DNA of 64,000 bases from Macrostomum lignano (Eukaryota), in assembly GCA_002269645.1 (NCBI GenBank), contig NIVC01003224.1, positions 45,943 to 109,942 on the forward strand, in the 5' to 3' direction. The translations under genes were made by a program, and so were the position numbers. The notes under the pieces are model-generated. The model was not told the DNA's origin and searched no databases. It saw only the letters and a list, made by a program, of their open reading frames with translations. Shown here piece by piece: positions 1 to 11,110 of this stretch (positions within the stretch are counted from its first letter, which is position 1; every line of letters starts with the position of its first letter).

Positions 1-503
1 TTGTCCCTTTTCTACTATTATCTTTCCATATTTGCAGTAATGGACAAGTTAGCCAGAAAAGAGCTATTTTTTGAAAAATTGGAGTTTTTTGTTATCAAGA
101 AAGTTAGTTTCTTGAGTTTAAGTTTAAATGTTTAATGTTTTTTATTTTAAAAAAAATTATCTTTTCAAGATAACTTTTATCAACTAGTCATTGCCTATCA
201 CTGCTCAGGCTGCTGTATTGAATTATAAATCACATCTCCAATGCTTTATTCTTTAACAATCATCAAGTTAAGGATTATACTAAAACTGGTAGAATATAAG
301 TATATCCCAAAAGTAATAGCTTACTAAGTCTAACTGGCAATCCAATATAATTCCATTTTAGTTCTGTGTCCAAGAAAGCTGCCTGGCAAAAGGTAAGCAT
401 TAGTTTTGTCTGTTAGTCACTCATTGGAATCAATAATAAAAGTGTGGTGAAGAGCCATTTTTGTATATCATTTTTAGTATTTTGAAGAAACAATGAAAAT
501 CGG

Positions 504-955
504 TTGAGCCTTTTGGGAGATAACCAATTCTGTTTGCAAGCTATTTTGCGCCCTTTCATGCATCAGCACAGGCTTCACCAGCCGCTAAATATTTTAAGCA
601 AAAATCGTGATGGTAAAAAAAGTTGTAAGAATTCTTTCTCCAATGGAATGCAGGTGTTCCATACCTATGATAATGCTCGGAAAGGAACGTGCATCAGCTT
701 CATCGTGAATTTTCTAGCGAATCTGTAGGAGTCATCAAGAGCATTGATCACGGGACCCAGTCTGTCAGAATTTCTCCGATTTTATCAGTAAAAAAGAATA
801 ATATGTTTTGTTGTTCACGGCAGCAGTACGAAGACAGTTTTGGATGCGACGACTTTCCTGTTCCAATTGGTTTGGATTTCCTAAAGTGCTTGCTGGTGGC
901 CGATGATAACCAGGTCTACCTTGTGCCGATTCTGAGCTGCTGCGAACACAATTAG
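504..955 (+). pseudogene. Possible degenerate C-terminal fragment of a DNA-transposon (CMC/EnSpm-like) transposase
   Basis: Two overlapping short ORFs (504-728, 689-955) end in ...KCLLVADDNQVYLVPILSCCEHN*. From memory this resembles the EH-x-stop C-terminus of animal CACTA-type transposases. No catalytic motif is visible; weak call. Confidence 0.25.
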
Positions 956-1519
956 GTAGCCCATTTATTTGCGCGTGTTTTTTACTTCTGTGTAAAACCA
1001 AAGTATATTTTTTCGTAATTAGTACATTAACACTATCTTGAATTTGATCCATTCGGTCTGTAATAACTTTAGATGTCAGTAAGAATCTACAGAACTTACA
1101 ACCAATATTAAACCCAATATCTACAGAACTTCATACCCAACTTTGCGCCCCCCTTGGCAGGTGCACACAGTATGTATGAGCACTGCGGCGACACGGCAGC
1201 CCCAGCAGTATGAGCAACCCTAGCAGGTAAGCAGGCAGCGCGCCTACACATTCGTGTCGTTTTTTCGTTCTCTGATTATGAGTACATTTTTATTTTGCTT
1301 ACTAGATTAAATTTTGTCTATCTTCAGCCGCTCTGGGTATTACTAGTACAAGCTACAAGTGCAAAATAATATGTAGTTTAAAAACCTAATATATTGCTTA
1401 CTTAGCTCTAAAATCCGAATTTCGAAGTAGAAAGTGAATAATATTAGTCTTGTCAGTGTCACAAATATCTTCATTTCCCTGCCAGATGCCCTGCGTTGCC
1501 TACTGTGCATTGGTGCTCA

Positions 1520-1621
1520 GCCTTCGGTGCCCAGCTGCCTTCGGTGCCCAGCTGCCTTCGGTGCCCAGCTGCCTTTGGTGCCCAGCTGCCTTCGGTGCCC
1601 AGCTGCCTTCGGTGCCCAGCT
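1520..1621. repeat. 17-bp minisatellite (GCCTTCGGTGCCCAGCT) x6
   Basis: Six consecutive copies read directly, one with a C>T change. Confidence 0.95.
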
Positions 1622-4600
1622 GCACTCTAACTGTCATTATGCCTAGCCGCCTTTGGTGAACAGATTTGCGAAACTTAATACTTTAAAAAACTTTTCTAGT
1701 TTACTTTTCAAAATACAGTTTTGTAAACAGTTTTTAATGCAGCTATATCAGAATGGGTTTTTTTAACTAACTGGCATCAAATTAACAGAAAGAAACGGTT
1801 GGTAATGCAATATGGCAAAACAGAAATTTCGACGAGCAAAAGTTACTATAGTTACTCTGATTTTAGAGAAATTTGTTCAACACTTATTCTTGCAGAAGCA
1901 ATTTGCTCTTAAGATGTGCCGTTCCCTCCCCTCCAAGACACCCGGATTGGGATGAAATTAGAAATATTGCCATGAAATTTATATAATTGCCGTAATTGTA
2001 ATTTTATTTCCACAAAATTAATTAAATTGCAATTTGCTGTGCAATTCACTTGCAATTATTGCAATTTTACTCAAATGTTATACTTTCTACTTACAGTAGA
2101 ATACTTTAAATATTAAATTGGACGAATTGCAATTTGATTGTGAATTTTTACTTTCTAAATTTTGTGTTAGCTATAAAGGAAATGAGCCAATGACTATATA
2201 TGTATGATAGCCTAATTTTGTAAAGATTTGTTTTAGCAACATTTTTAAGGAAAATGTTTATAATTTAGTTTATATCGCATGCTTGTCAAGATTGCAATTT
2301 AATTATAATTTGCTATAATTTTTGCAATGGAATTTTATTGTATTTTGCTGTGTTTGCTACTTCATTACGCCTTTATGTTTTTGTGTTCATGCTTTTGTAA
2401 ATACTATATGCTCTCTGTATGTAAATTATAAATAAAAATTAAATAGTAAAAATGTTTAAATAGGGAATTGCCCAATAGTGCCACAATAATTCACCCAATA
2501 ATAAAATGCAGAGAAAAATGTTCTTTTGTTTATATTACTTTTTTCTTCAGGTAACTTCCCGAGTTCCCGAGTCTTAAAATTTTGATTATGTATGCACCAT
2601 AGAGGTACTGCACGCGCATTGCGTGCTATAGACATTCATCTTCTATGCCTTATCAGATCTTGACTAATCTTGTATCTTCTTGGAAGATATGGCCTCAAAA
2701 ACTTGCATGATCCTGTGTCATCTTAGCAGATCTGGCCCGAAGATCTTGCATGATCTGTTCAGAAGATCTGGTAAGAATTGACTATGTATTTCAATGGCGA
2801 AGATCTGCTGAGCTCTTGCAAGAACTTAGGGCGCAGTTCAAGTCAGATCTTGTAAGAAACCCCAAGCCAATGTCATCTAGGGCCTGTTTTTAATGTTTTT
2901 ATTTTTTTAAATTAGGCCCTATATCTAGCTTTCATAGGAATGATAACAAATATGTTGAACTATAAATATAATACAGTGAAAACTAGCCTAGGCCTATGTT
3001 ATCTTTGATACTACAACATAAAACTAAGGCTAAAAAGGCAATTACTTATTGTTATTTATAATTTCATTATCAGCTTTTATTTACCATTGGCATTTGAATT
3101 TATCAATACAAAGTCAATATCAAATAAAAAACCTAAAATAATAAACTTTCAAAATATCATTGGAGTCTCTTCATAACATAACCCTTCAATAGAGTCTAGG
3201 TCCAGCTTTACTATAAATTATAATTTCTAATTTAATCTACATGCAGTGTGCGCAGTATGAAAGGCCTACCTTCTGAGTATTTAGGCTTCCCAATTCCCGC
3301 CTTCGGTGGCATTCTTTATAATTTCTTTAATTTAATTAATAGAAAAGAAGATTAGATAGATCAGTTAGAGAGTGGTAAAACTTTCTGTTGTGTTCACGCT
3401 GATTAGTAGCAAAAGCTGGCTGTCAGAACTACCTATATCTACTTTAAAGACTGACGAATGTAGCAGTGCGACAATCAGTTATTATCATAGATTCATGTAG
3501 TTCATTTTTTTTTCGATTCGTACTATTCGATCAACTGAAAGGCATATTAAAAAAGTGGACTAGATTTTATTAACAAAAAACAAAATATTTTTTTTTCGCC
3601 TGCTAATACAAACTTTCCTTTACATTCGCTACGCCTACTTTGCTTTTTTTATCAAGAAATTAACATACCGCTATTTATAACCTTTTAATTTTTTTAAACT
3701 GACGACTTTCGTAGAGTAAACCCGTAAGAATACGATCCACACGTTGCTAAATGTACTTTTATGTAATTAAAAACAGTGTACCAATTCGGCGCATAAATTA
3801 TAGTAGTAATGAGAAGGCCGGTTGAAGTGAAAGATTCATTGATGCGCTCCTGTAATTGTTAAGAGCACTGGAGGAAATTGCAATATGATCGATATACGAT
3901 CAAAATGTGTATAAGAACTGGAAAGTGCAGCTTACATCGCAGCAGAAAAACGGCGGCCTCCTCTTGTCTCGGCCGGGGCTATTCAGTCAGACCAGCTCTA
4001 CACTAAATACAGATACGAACAGATAACAAAGCTGGAGGTTTGAGGGCCAAGCCAGAAGGCGTGACAGTTGACTCGCTGTACAAACGCAATTAATTGGTGG
4101 GGGTGGGTGCAGATTATATGTTGCCTAACAACAGCACAGAGAAAAACTGCTTGAGCGATAAAGTTCCATGCCCCGCTCAAACTATGCATTGCTCTGCTTT
4201 TTGTAAACTAAAATAACAGCTGTGCTTGTTTGACTATTAAAGTACATGCACATGTAATATGTACAAGTTATACATGCATGTATTGTCTTGAATAATTTTG
4301 CGGTATACAGCAGAGAATCCTAGTAGGAGATGTGTGGGCCTCGATCACACTCATAATAAGTTTTTTTGGAGGCCAGTGTGTTAGAAAGTCTTTTTGGCAT
4401 GTGAGCAGAAGATATAACAGGAAAAAACCTAGCTGTCATACAAAAACCTACATATTTATATGATTTACGCGGTGCATAGCCATGCCAGCAGCTGCGGCAG
4501 AACTGCTTAAATGGCGATCGTGATCGCGTATTGGCTGGAGTCATTTAATGCACGAGAAGTATATATCGTGTTACAATTTCATGGATGAAGGAATTGTTCA

Positions 4601-4699
4601 AGGCGCACTCGTGACCTAGACATTTAGGCACTCTATACGTTGGGGAGCCAAAGAAATGCAATATACGTTTTTTTAATAAGCTACATGTATCCTTGAAAT

Positions 4700-5760
4700 C
4701 TCAAAAAATCTCCTGTCAAACATTGTAAGCCTTGACATGTCAGTAATTCCCCCCACAAGCTTTAACATATCAACTTCCCCCCTTGACATCTCAGCAATGC
4801 CCCCAATAAGCCTTGGAAATCTAAAAATATCTGTCAACCTTCTAACCCTAACCCTAACCCTAACCCTAACCCTAACCCTAACTCTAACCCTAACCGTAAC
4901 CTAACCCTAAAGCATTGAAATTTCAGTAATTCTCTCTAAGAGTCATTATAGCACTACTACAGCATTATAGCGATTCCCTGCAAGCCTCGACATCGTAGGG
5001 ATTCCCAAATGAATCTCTTAACTTCGACATGAAGCTTCTTTTATTTTTTACATTACGCTTTTTTATCAGCGATCCCTCCCCTGAGGAGGCATCAAATAAT
5101 GTAATTAAAAAGTTTTCAATAAACTACATGTAGCTTCTGGCTTTAGCCTTGAAATTTCATTTATACCCCCGTGAGCCTTGACATCTCAGCTATTCCCCCC
5201 GTAAGCCTTGACATGTCAGCGATGGCCCCCATAAACCTTGAAATCTAAAAAATCCCCTGTTAACCTTGAAACCCGATAAAATCTAACCCTCAACCCACAC
5301 CTGACCTAAAACCTAACTTTAACCGAACCTAAAGCCTTGAAATCTAAGAAATTCTTCTCCCCTAAGCCTTGAAATTTTAGTGATTCCTTCTTTAAGAATC
5401 ACAGCACTATAACGATTTCCACCAAGCTTTGACATCGTAGCCATTCCCAAATGAATCTTTTAACTCCGACATGACTTTTCTTTTATGTATACTTAGTGCT
5501 ACTTTTATTTTTTACATGACTCTTCTTCTATCAGCGCCCCCCCCGTGGCGAGCCAACAAAGAATGCAATAAAAAAATTGAGTAAAGTACATGAACTTTGA
5601 AGTAGCTTCTGACTTTTGCTTTGACATCTCAGAAACCCCCCCCCCGTAATCTCAGTTATTCTCTGAGAGCCTTTACGTCTCAGTTTTTCACCCCAGCACA
5701 GCATTATAGTTGCATTTAATTTTTACATGACACCCTTCATGTCTGACATGACGCTTCTTT
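4700..5760. repeat. Diverged tandem duplication (~480-bp period) built from CCTTGACAT/CCTTGAAAT motifs
   Basis: Blocks such as GACATCGTAG..ATTCCCAAATGAATCT..TAACT.CGACATGA occur at ~4988-5030 and ~5430-5472. A partial third copy lies at ~5560-5760. Confidence 0.7.
4842..4910 (-). repeat. Interstitial telomeric-type tract (CCCTAA)n/(TTAGGG)n, about 11 units
   Basis: CTAACCCTAACCCTAACCC... with two variant units, read directly. Confidence 0.9.
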
Positions 5761-5819
5761 TATTCTACCATGATGCTTCTTAATTTTTTAAATGACACTT
5801 TCATTAGTTTTTAAATTAG

Positions 5820-6175
5820 GCTTCTATGATTTTTTCATGACGCTTCTAAGACTTTTACATGATGCTTCTATGATTTTTTCATGACGCTTCTAAGATTTTT
5901 ACATGATGCTTCTATGATTTTTTATATGACGCTTCTATGATTGTTTATATGACGCTTCTATGCTTTTTACATGACGCTTCTATGATTTTTTTTACATGAC
6001 GCTTCCATGATTGTTTACATGACGCTTCTATGATTTTTTACATGACGCTTCTATGATTTTCACATGACGCTTCTATGATTTTTTACATGACGCTTCTATG
6101 ATTTTTTACGTGACGCTTCTATGATTGTTTACATGACGCTTCCATGATTTTTTTCATGACGCTTTTATGATTTTT
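5820..6175. repeat. ~22-bp minisatellite (TTTTACATGACGCTTCTATGAT)
   Basis: About 15 copies with a variable T-run. Confidence 0.9.
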
Positions 6176-7486
6176 TAGTTTTCTTGTCGTTAAAAAACTT
6201 TAATTAAAAAAACTCCACTCTCTAAAAATTCGAACCATCGTCGCTGCATATGGCAGTTCAGTCTGTTCACCTCTAGGCTAGCTCTCATCGTTTTAATAAC
6301 ACGAAATTTAGCACTTATATATAATTCAACACTTTAAAACCCAAGCATAGAGTATAAATCACACAAAGCAGTTATGACATAATCAATTTCTCAGTCAGTC
6401 AGTATCAGTTAACAATATGGTTACGCAATCTAAATCAAGTCTGGTGCTACGCTTCCACACTGCATTTTCAATACTGTGACGCAATTCAAGTCGGAGTTAC
6501 AATTCAGTTATGATGCAATCTATTTCAGAATCAGAATTCAACCAGTCAGTCTTTTCTCTAGCATTCTTACAATGCATTTTAAGTCGAAAAGTTTGCTTGA
6601 CCTTTGCAAAAAAGCATGTTTTTCGAATATTTAATCGCTTTAACATGGAGCAATTTCTTAGCCAAGATGCATGTACCTTCACGGGAAAATTTCTGATCGA
6701 ACAGTGCAAGTCTCATGAAAATCGGTTAAGCCATTTTTTCTCTAATCGATTACAAGCAAGCAAGCAAGCAAGATTTTCATTTTTAGTATATAGGATACAA
6801 CTATTGAATCCTATATTTAAAGAACCGGCCGGCCGATTCATTCTGTGTATAAGCCATTCTCTATCTCTGTACAGCAACCCGACGTCGGCGACGCAATGCA
6901 ATGTATTATACTTTTACATTTGATGAGGACGCACCTTTTTTCAATCTTAGAACCGCACATTTTGCTTCGATGCGCTTTTCCCCTACTGTCAGTAGGCTAG
7001 CTTAGGAATTTCTCTCCATTCTCTCATCTAGGCTAAGTTCTATATTATTTTATGCCATTATTAGTTATGTTAGAAACTCAATGTACTTCTCTTAGAATTC
7101 TAATTTTGGATTGTTTACGCACATTTGAAGGTCAGACTGTCTGGGTTTGAGATGGATTGACCTCCAACAGTCTATCTAGACAGGCGACACTAAGTCTGGG
7201 AGGAACGTTTTCCACCTCGTTCTGACCCCCAGATTTGTTGCTTTTTTTCTGTTTTCAGTGATTTATGGCCGTCTAGCTGTCACTTTTGGCTCCAGCCTGT
7301 CTGGGTCAAAGAGGTCTTTCCAGCTTTCTCCTTTGATTTATGGGCGTTTTGCTGTCACTTTTGGCGCCAGGATGTCTAGACAAGTGACTTTTATTATGTT
7401 TTGCTTATGATTTATGACCGCACCTGTCAACTTCCCTGGGGTCTGAAGGCCACATGGTGGGGTAGGTTTTGGGGTCTTGAGCTCAG

Positions 7487-7618
7487 CCAATCAGAGTCGA
7501 CCTGACTGCCCCCGGCTCGACTAATCAGAAAATTTGGCGCCTATTTTAACAAAAGCTCTCAGCCAATCGGAAAATTCGGCGTGCGTTATAACAAATCGGC
7601 CGCGTGAGAGCTATAAAA
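7487..7618 (+). promoter_or_regulatory. Pol II promoter-like module: CCAAT boxes plus TATA box (possibly the U3 of an LTR-like element)
   Basis: GCCAATCAG at 7486-7494, GCCAATCGG at 7562-7570 and CTATAAAAGG at 7611-7620 in a CpG-rich island. Downstream GTAAGT donor at 8546 and pyrimidine-rich acceptor at ~8705. Confidence 0.5.
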
Positions 7619-9429
7619 GGCGGCAACTCGACCCGCGCTCGAGTAACCCCACCCCCGCTCCTGCTGCTTCCCCGACCCTTCGGGTGTTTCCGGACTTGCT
7701 GGTATCTTGTTCCGGCTGCCCCTTCGGCATCTGAGCCCCCTTCCCCCGGCAGTTTCGGCTTCAACAGCCAAGTTCCCCCTGAGAAGCATCATCAATATTG
7801 GCTACCGGCAGATAGGTCCTCTGACTGGCTTGGTGAGAGGCTTTCTTGACCTGCTTAACTGTGTGCACCCTTTGTCTGATCCCTTCCTAGGTAGTCTGAT
7901 AGGATTTGCACTTTTGCTTACTTGCTTTTGTGTGCCAATCTCGAGGCAGAAGTGTCAGTTAATATTAAAATTAGCCATTTGCTCTAACTCAATCTAAAGT
8001 GTTTAGGATTGCGGATTAAGTGAGAAAGTTACTCGTAAATCTGGAAGTTAAAGACTTAGTGTTTTCTTTCTTTTTCGCAATGCCAGCTGAGATGAGCGGC
8101 TAAATCTAGAGGCAGAGGTCACAGTGGACCGGAAGCGACACAGTTCCCAGTCAATCAGTCGATCTAAGAGATCATTATGTTAAGCATGCAAATTAAGTGC
8201 CAGACTGGCGCTTTGGCGCGGTCACAGGCAGTCAAGCGGCTAAAGTAAGTTAAGTATTTGTCTAACGATCTTCGAAAGTGACAATGCATCTACATCATCG
8301 CTATCTGTCGACGTGTTAACACATTTAGTGCCAAAAGCGTGCAGTTACGTGTACTTATACATGTACTTCTGGGAATTTGGTAATGAAATAGTACATTTAG
8401 TAGAGTATGAAGGCTCGCCAGCGCAAGAACCCCCTGCAAAAGTCCTCTCTGTCCCTACATGGCCAATGCGATCTTAGTCCCAGCAGCGTCCCTTCTATTC
8501 GGCTATGACTTCGAGATTAGACAGCTAAAAGACACTAGATGGCAGGTAAGTGCAGTGCCCCTCTAGTCGGAAGTCCGATTTCGACAGCTCCGGTTTGGTG
8601 AGCCGGGGCGCACGGACTGGTGGCAGCGGGTTAGTTATTAATCTGCGGATTAGCTATCTTTACCTTTCAAATTCTCCCTGCTTGTCTCTCGCTGTCTTCT
8701 CTTAGCTATAGGACCTTGCTGCTCGCCCACAATCTAGCTACCATGGGGCTGACCATCTGACAGGAGTGAGAGGCCAGAGTTCTAAGTGATTCATTTCTGA
8801 ATTCTGAGGCCCGAAGCTATAGGCTTAAAAAAGGCCGAACCTTTGTCGATGTTATTATATACATGTACATGCAAGATCGAGTACATGCATGCATATTTGC
8901 CAGCAACGTGGAAACTTCGGGCATGTTTAAATTACATTTAGCACACACACACATAAGCCACCATCGTGTCTATATATTTCATGCTCTAATACATGATCTA
9001 ATAGGTACATGTAACAAATGTACGTCGTATTCTTTCCGCGTTTATGCACAAGAAAAAAGTATTGTTGGTTCTTAACAATTATCTCGGCACTTATATAGTT
9101 GGACTGAAAAGTTATTCCCGCCGGACATTCGATATCCAACACAGCTAGCTAATAAAATTTTAACTGCAAAGACCTCATATAGCAACCAAAACATTTCCCA
9201 AGCAGGACAAAAGCTTCCATGAAAAAATACTCGATAAACTTAGTCATTATAATGATTATATGGCTTCCTTTACATATGTGGCTTTTTAGCTGTCGGTTTC
9301 CATTGGCACTTCAAAATATTGAAAGTGTTTAAAAGCATAAAACTTGACAACCACCCATGTGAATAAGCTAAGTGAATACACTTGGTGAATTGTGTAAGCT
9401 TACTAGAGTAGCTATGTCGAAATTCTAAA

Positions 9430-9918
9430 CGAAAACTAGTAGCTTGCCATTTTGAATTCGGCATTCTTTTCCCTCTTACTTTATTCTCAACAGGATTTTA
9501 TAGCCACCGATCTTTACAAACGAAGAACTGAAAAACTTAGTAATTAGCGAATTGTGGATTTAAAAAATCAATATTTCCCACACTCACTGGGCCTTTTCAT
9601 ATTACCAATTCCAGAACCAGAATCGGTTCGTCGGAATTCCAAGAAAAACAGCAGTATAAGTATTAAACTCTGTTAATATTTGACTGCCTTAACAGCCTCA
9701 CTTTGCACGATTTTTCACTTTCTTCTTGGCGATTGTCATTCAATAATAAAAACTTCATAGCACGTATCTCCCTCTAGTTATGGAGACAAAAAGTTATACT
9801 TCACAAATTGGTTCTGGTTCTGGAACCAGAGCAAGCAATTATGAAAAGGCCCACTCACTCACTAATTTAATCGCAAGATTTTGCGCGATCTCACATGTTT
9901 TATAATGCAGCATAATAT
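9430..9918. repeat. Interspersed repeat, left part; continues at 14649-14850 after the Gypsy insertion
   Basis: CCATTTTGAATTCG...GCGAATT.TGGATTT.AAAA...TCGCAAGATTTTGCG...GCAGCATAATAT|AAAAAGACGTTATTTTGAATTTGTTATA.TGCAGCTGTTGATTTGTATTTGCTAG aligns with an uninterrupted copy at 20095-20470. Confidence 0.8.
9589..9852. mobile_element. MITE, 264 bp, 13-bp perfect TIR GGGCCTTTTCATA
   Basis: Left TIR 9589-9601, right TIR TATGAAAAGGCCC 9840-9852, with subterminal inverted TTCCAGAACCAGAA. Flanked by direct ACTCACT. Absent from the homologous repeat copy at ~20230. Confidence 0.8.
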
Positions 9919-10093
9919 TATGGGTATTTTGTTGTACTTTTTATTTGCAACTCAGTTTGTCATAAATTACCATAGACTAATTTCCTTTTACAGTTCTTTC
10001 TCGCAGTTTAGTTTCTCGCCCCAAGCCCTCTCGTCTTTAACTCATAAAATATATATGCAATTCAAATCTAAGTTAAGTTGTAGTTTCACTACA
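9919..10093 (+). repeat. 5' LTR (175 bp, TA...CA)
   Basis: TATGGGTATTTTG...GTTTCACTACA; same sequence as 14474-14648. Confidence 0.95.
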
Positions 10094-10096
10094 AAT

Positions 10097-10111
10097 TGGT
10101 CCGGTGGGCGG
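10097..10111 (+). promoter_or_regulatory. Primer binding site
   Basis: TGGTCCGGTGGGCGG begins 3 nt after the 5' LTR with the TGG complementary to a tRNA CCA end. Cognate tRNA not identified. Confidence 0.7.
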
Positions 10112-10170
10112 CGAAAGATATTACTCTTTACTCACATAACTCATACTCAATACTCACGAAGACAAATCCA

Positions 10171-11076
10171 ATGACGGACAGTGCAAGCAACAATTCCGCT
10201 CCTACACCGCCTACAACCACGCAAGCCGCACCAAGTTCGGCCGCACCAGTGGTTACACATGCAGTAGGAAACGCCGCCGACACCGCTTCAGTCTCCCTGG
10301 CCCACCTGAAGCTGCCAATCTTCTATCGCAACAACCCGGAAGCATGGTTTCTCACGCTGGAGGCCCAGTTTATGCTCAACAGGGTGACCAACGAGACCGC
10401 CAAATTTTACCACCTAGTCTCTCATCTACCGGAGGATATCGCGGCTCTGCACTTGTCCGCTCAGACTCCAAAACAGTATGAACAACTGAAAACAGCGATT
10501 ACATCGACTCTGCAAAAGTCCAAGCAGGAGAAGGTTTCGGAAGTATTGCAAGTCTCGGACCTCGGAGGAGACAAGCCATCAATCTTCATGCGCAAACTCC
10601 GGAGCAAGATGGAGCAGTGCCAGATACAGCCCGACGAGGAACTCCTCAAGGCCACTCTGATGCGCTGTCTTCCACAGGACCTTCGTATCGCACTGTCGGG
10701 ATTTCAACAGCAGTCATCCCAGCAAATTTCCGAGATTGCTGACTCGATGTTGGTCGTCAGAGGCCTTAGCTCTCCATCGCCAGCGACAGTTTGTCCAATT
10801 CAGCAGGCCGGTGCAGATAGGACACCCCAACAGCGCTTTGAGCAAGCTCCACACCGACAAGCACCTGGTAAGCCCACTGGAACAGACCCATTTAAGCCTG
10901 GCCAACGCCCCGTCGTTTGCCGCTCACACCTCTACTATGGCCGCCGTGCTCGGTCGTGTCGCCCGTGGTGCCAGTTTCCCAAGGACAGCTCGCGTCCGAT
11001 CCGAGTGCTGCATCCCAATGAAAAAACGCCATCTCAGTCGCGTTCATCATCACCTTCTCGACAGCCGGAAAACTAA
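10171..11076 (+). CDS. gag: Gag protein (301 aa)
   Basis: ATG at 10171. [22 protein letters not shown]...[10 protein letters not shown] motif typical of Gypsy gag. C-terminal [18 protein letters not shown] Cys/His box. Confidence 0.92.
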   Translation: MTDSASNNSAPTPPTTTQAAPSSAAPVVTHAVGNAADTASVSLAHLKLPIFYRNNPEAWFLTLEAQFMLNRVTNETAKFYHLVSHLPEDIAALHLSAQTPKQYEQLKTAITSTLQKSKQEKVSEVLQVSDLGGDKPSIFMRKLRSKMEQCQIQPDEELLKATLMRCLPQDLRIALSGFQQQSSQQISEIADSMLVVRGLSSPSPATVCPIQQAGADRTPQQRFEQAPHRQAPGKPTGTDPFKPGQRPVVCRSHLYYGRRARSCRPWCQFPKDSSRPIRVLHPNEKTPSQSRSSSPSRQPEN

Positions 11077-11110
11077 GTCGCACTGCGACCGAGGTCGCGG
11101 TGCGCAGTGC
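11067..11110 (+). promoter_or_regulatory. -1 programmed ribosomal frameshift signal
   Basis: G GAA AAC (11067-11073) lies immediately before the gag TAA. Six nt later a stem forms: GCACTGCG (11080-11087) with CGCAGTGC (11103-11110), extended by ACCG/CGGT. Pol is in the -1 frame and open from the slip site. Confidence 0.8.

Noticed and set aside
4320-4544. Minus-strand ORF with CRSCW...KKTYYEC resembling a piggyBac Cys-rich tail
   Set aside because: Cys spacing is incomplete and there is no adjacent transposase core; too weak to call.
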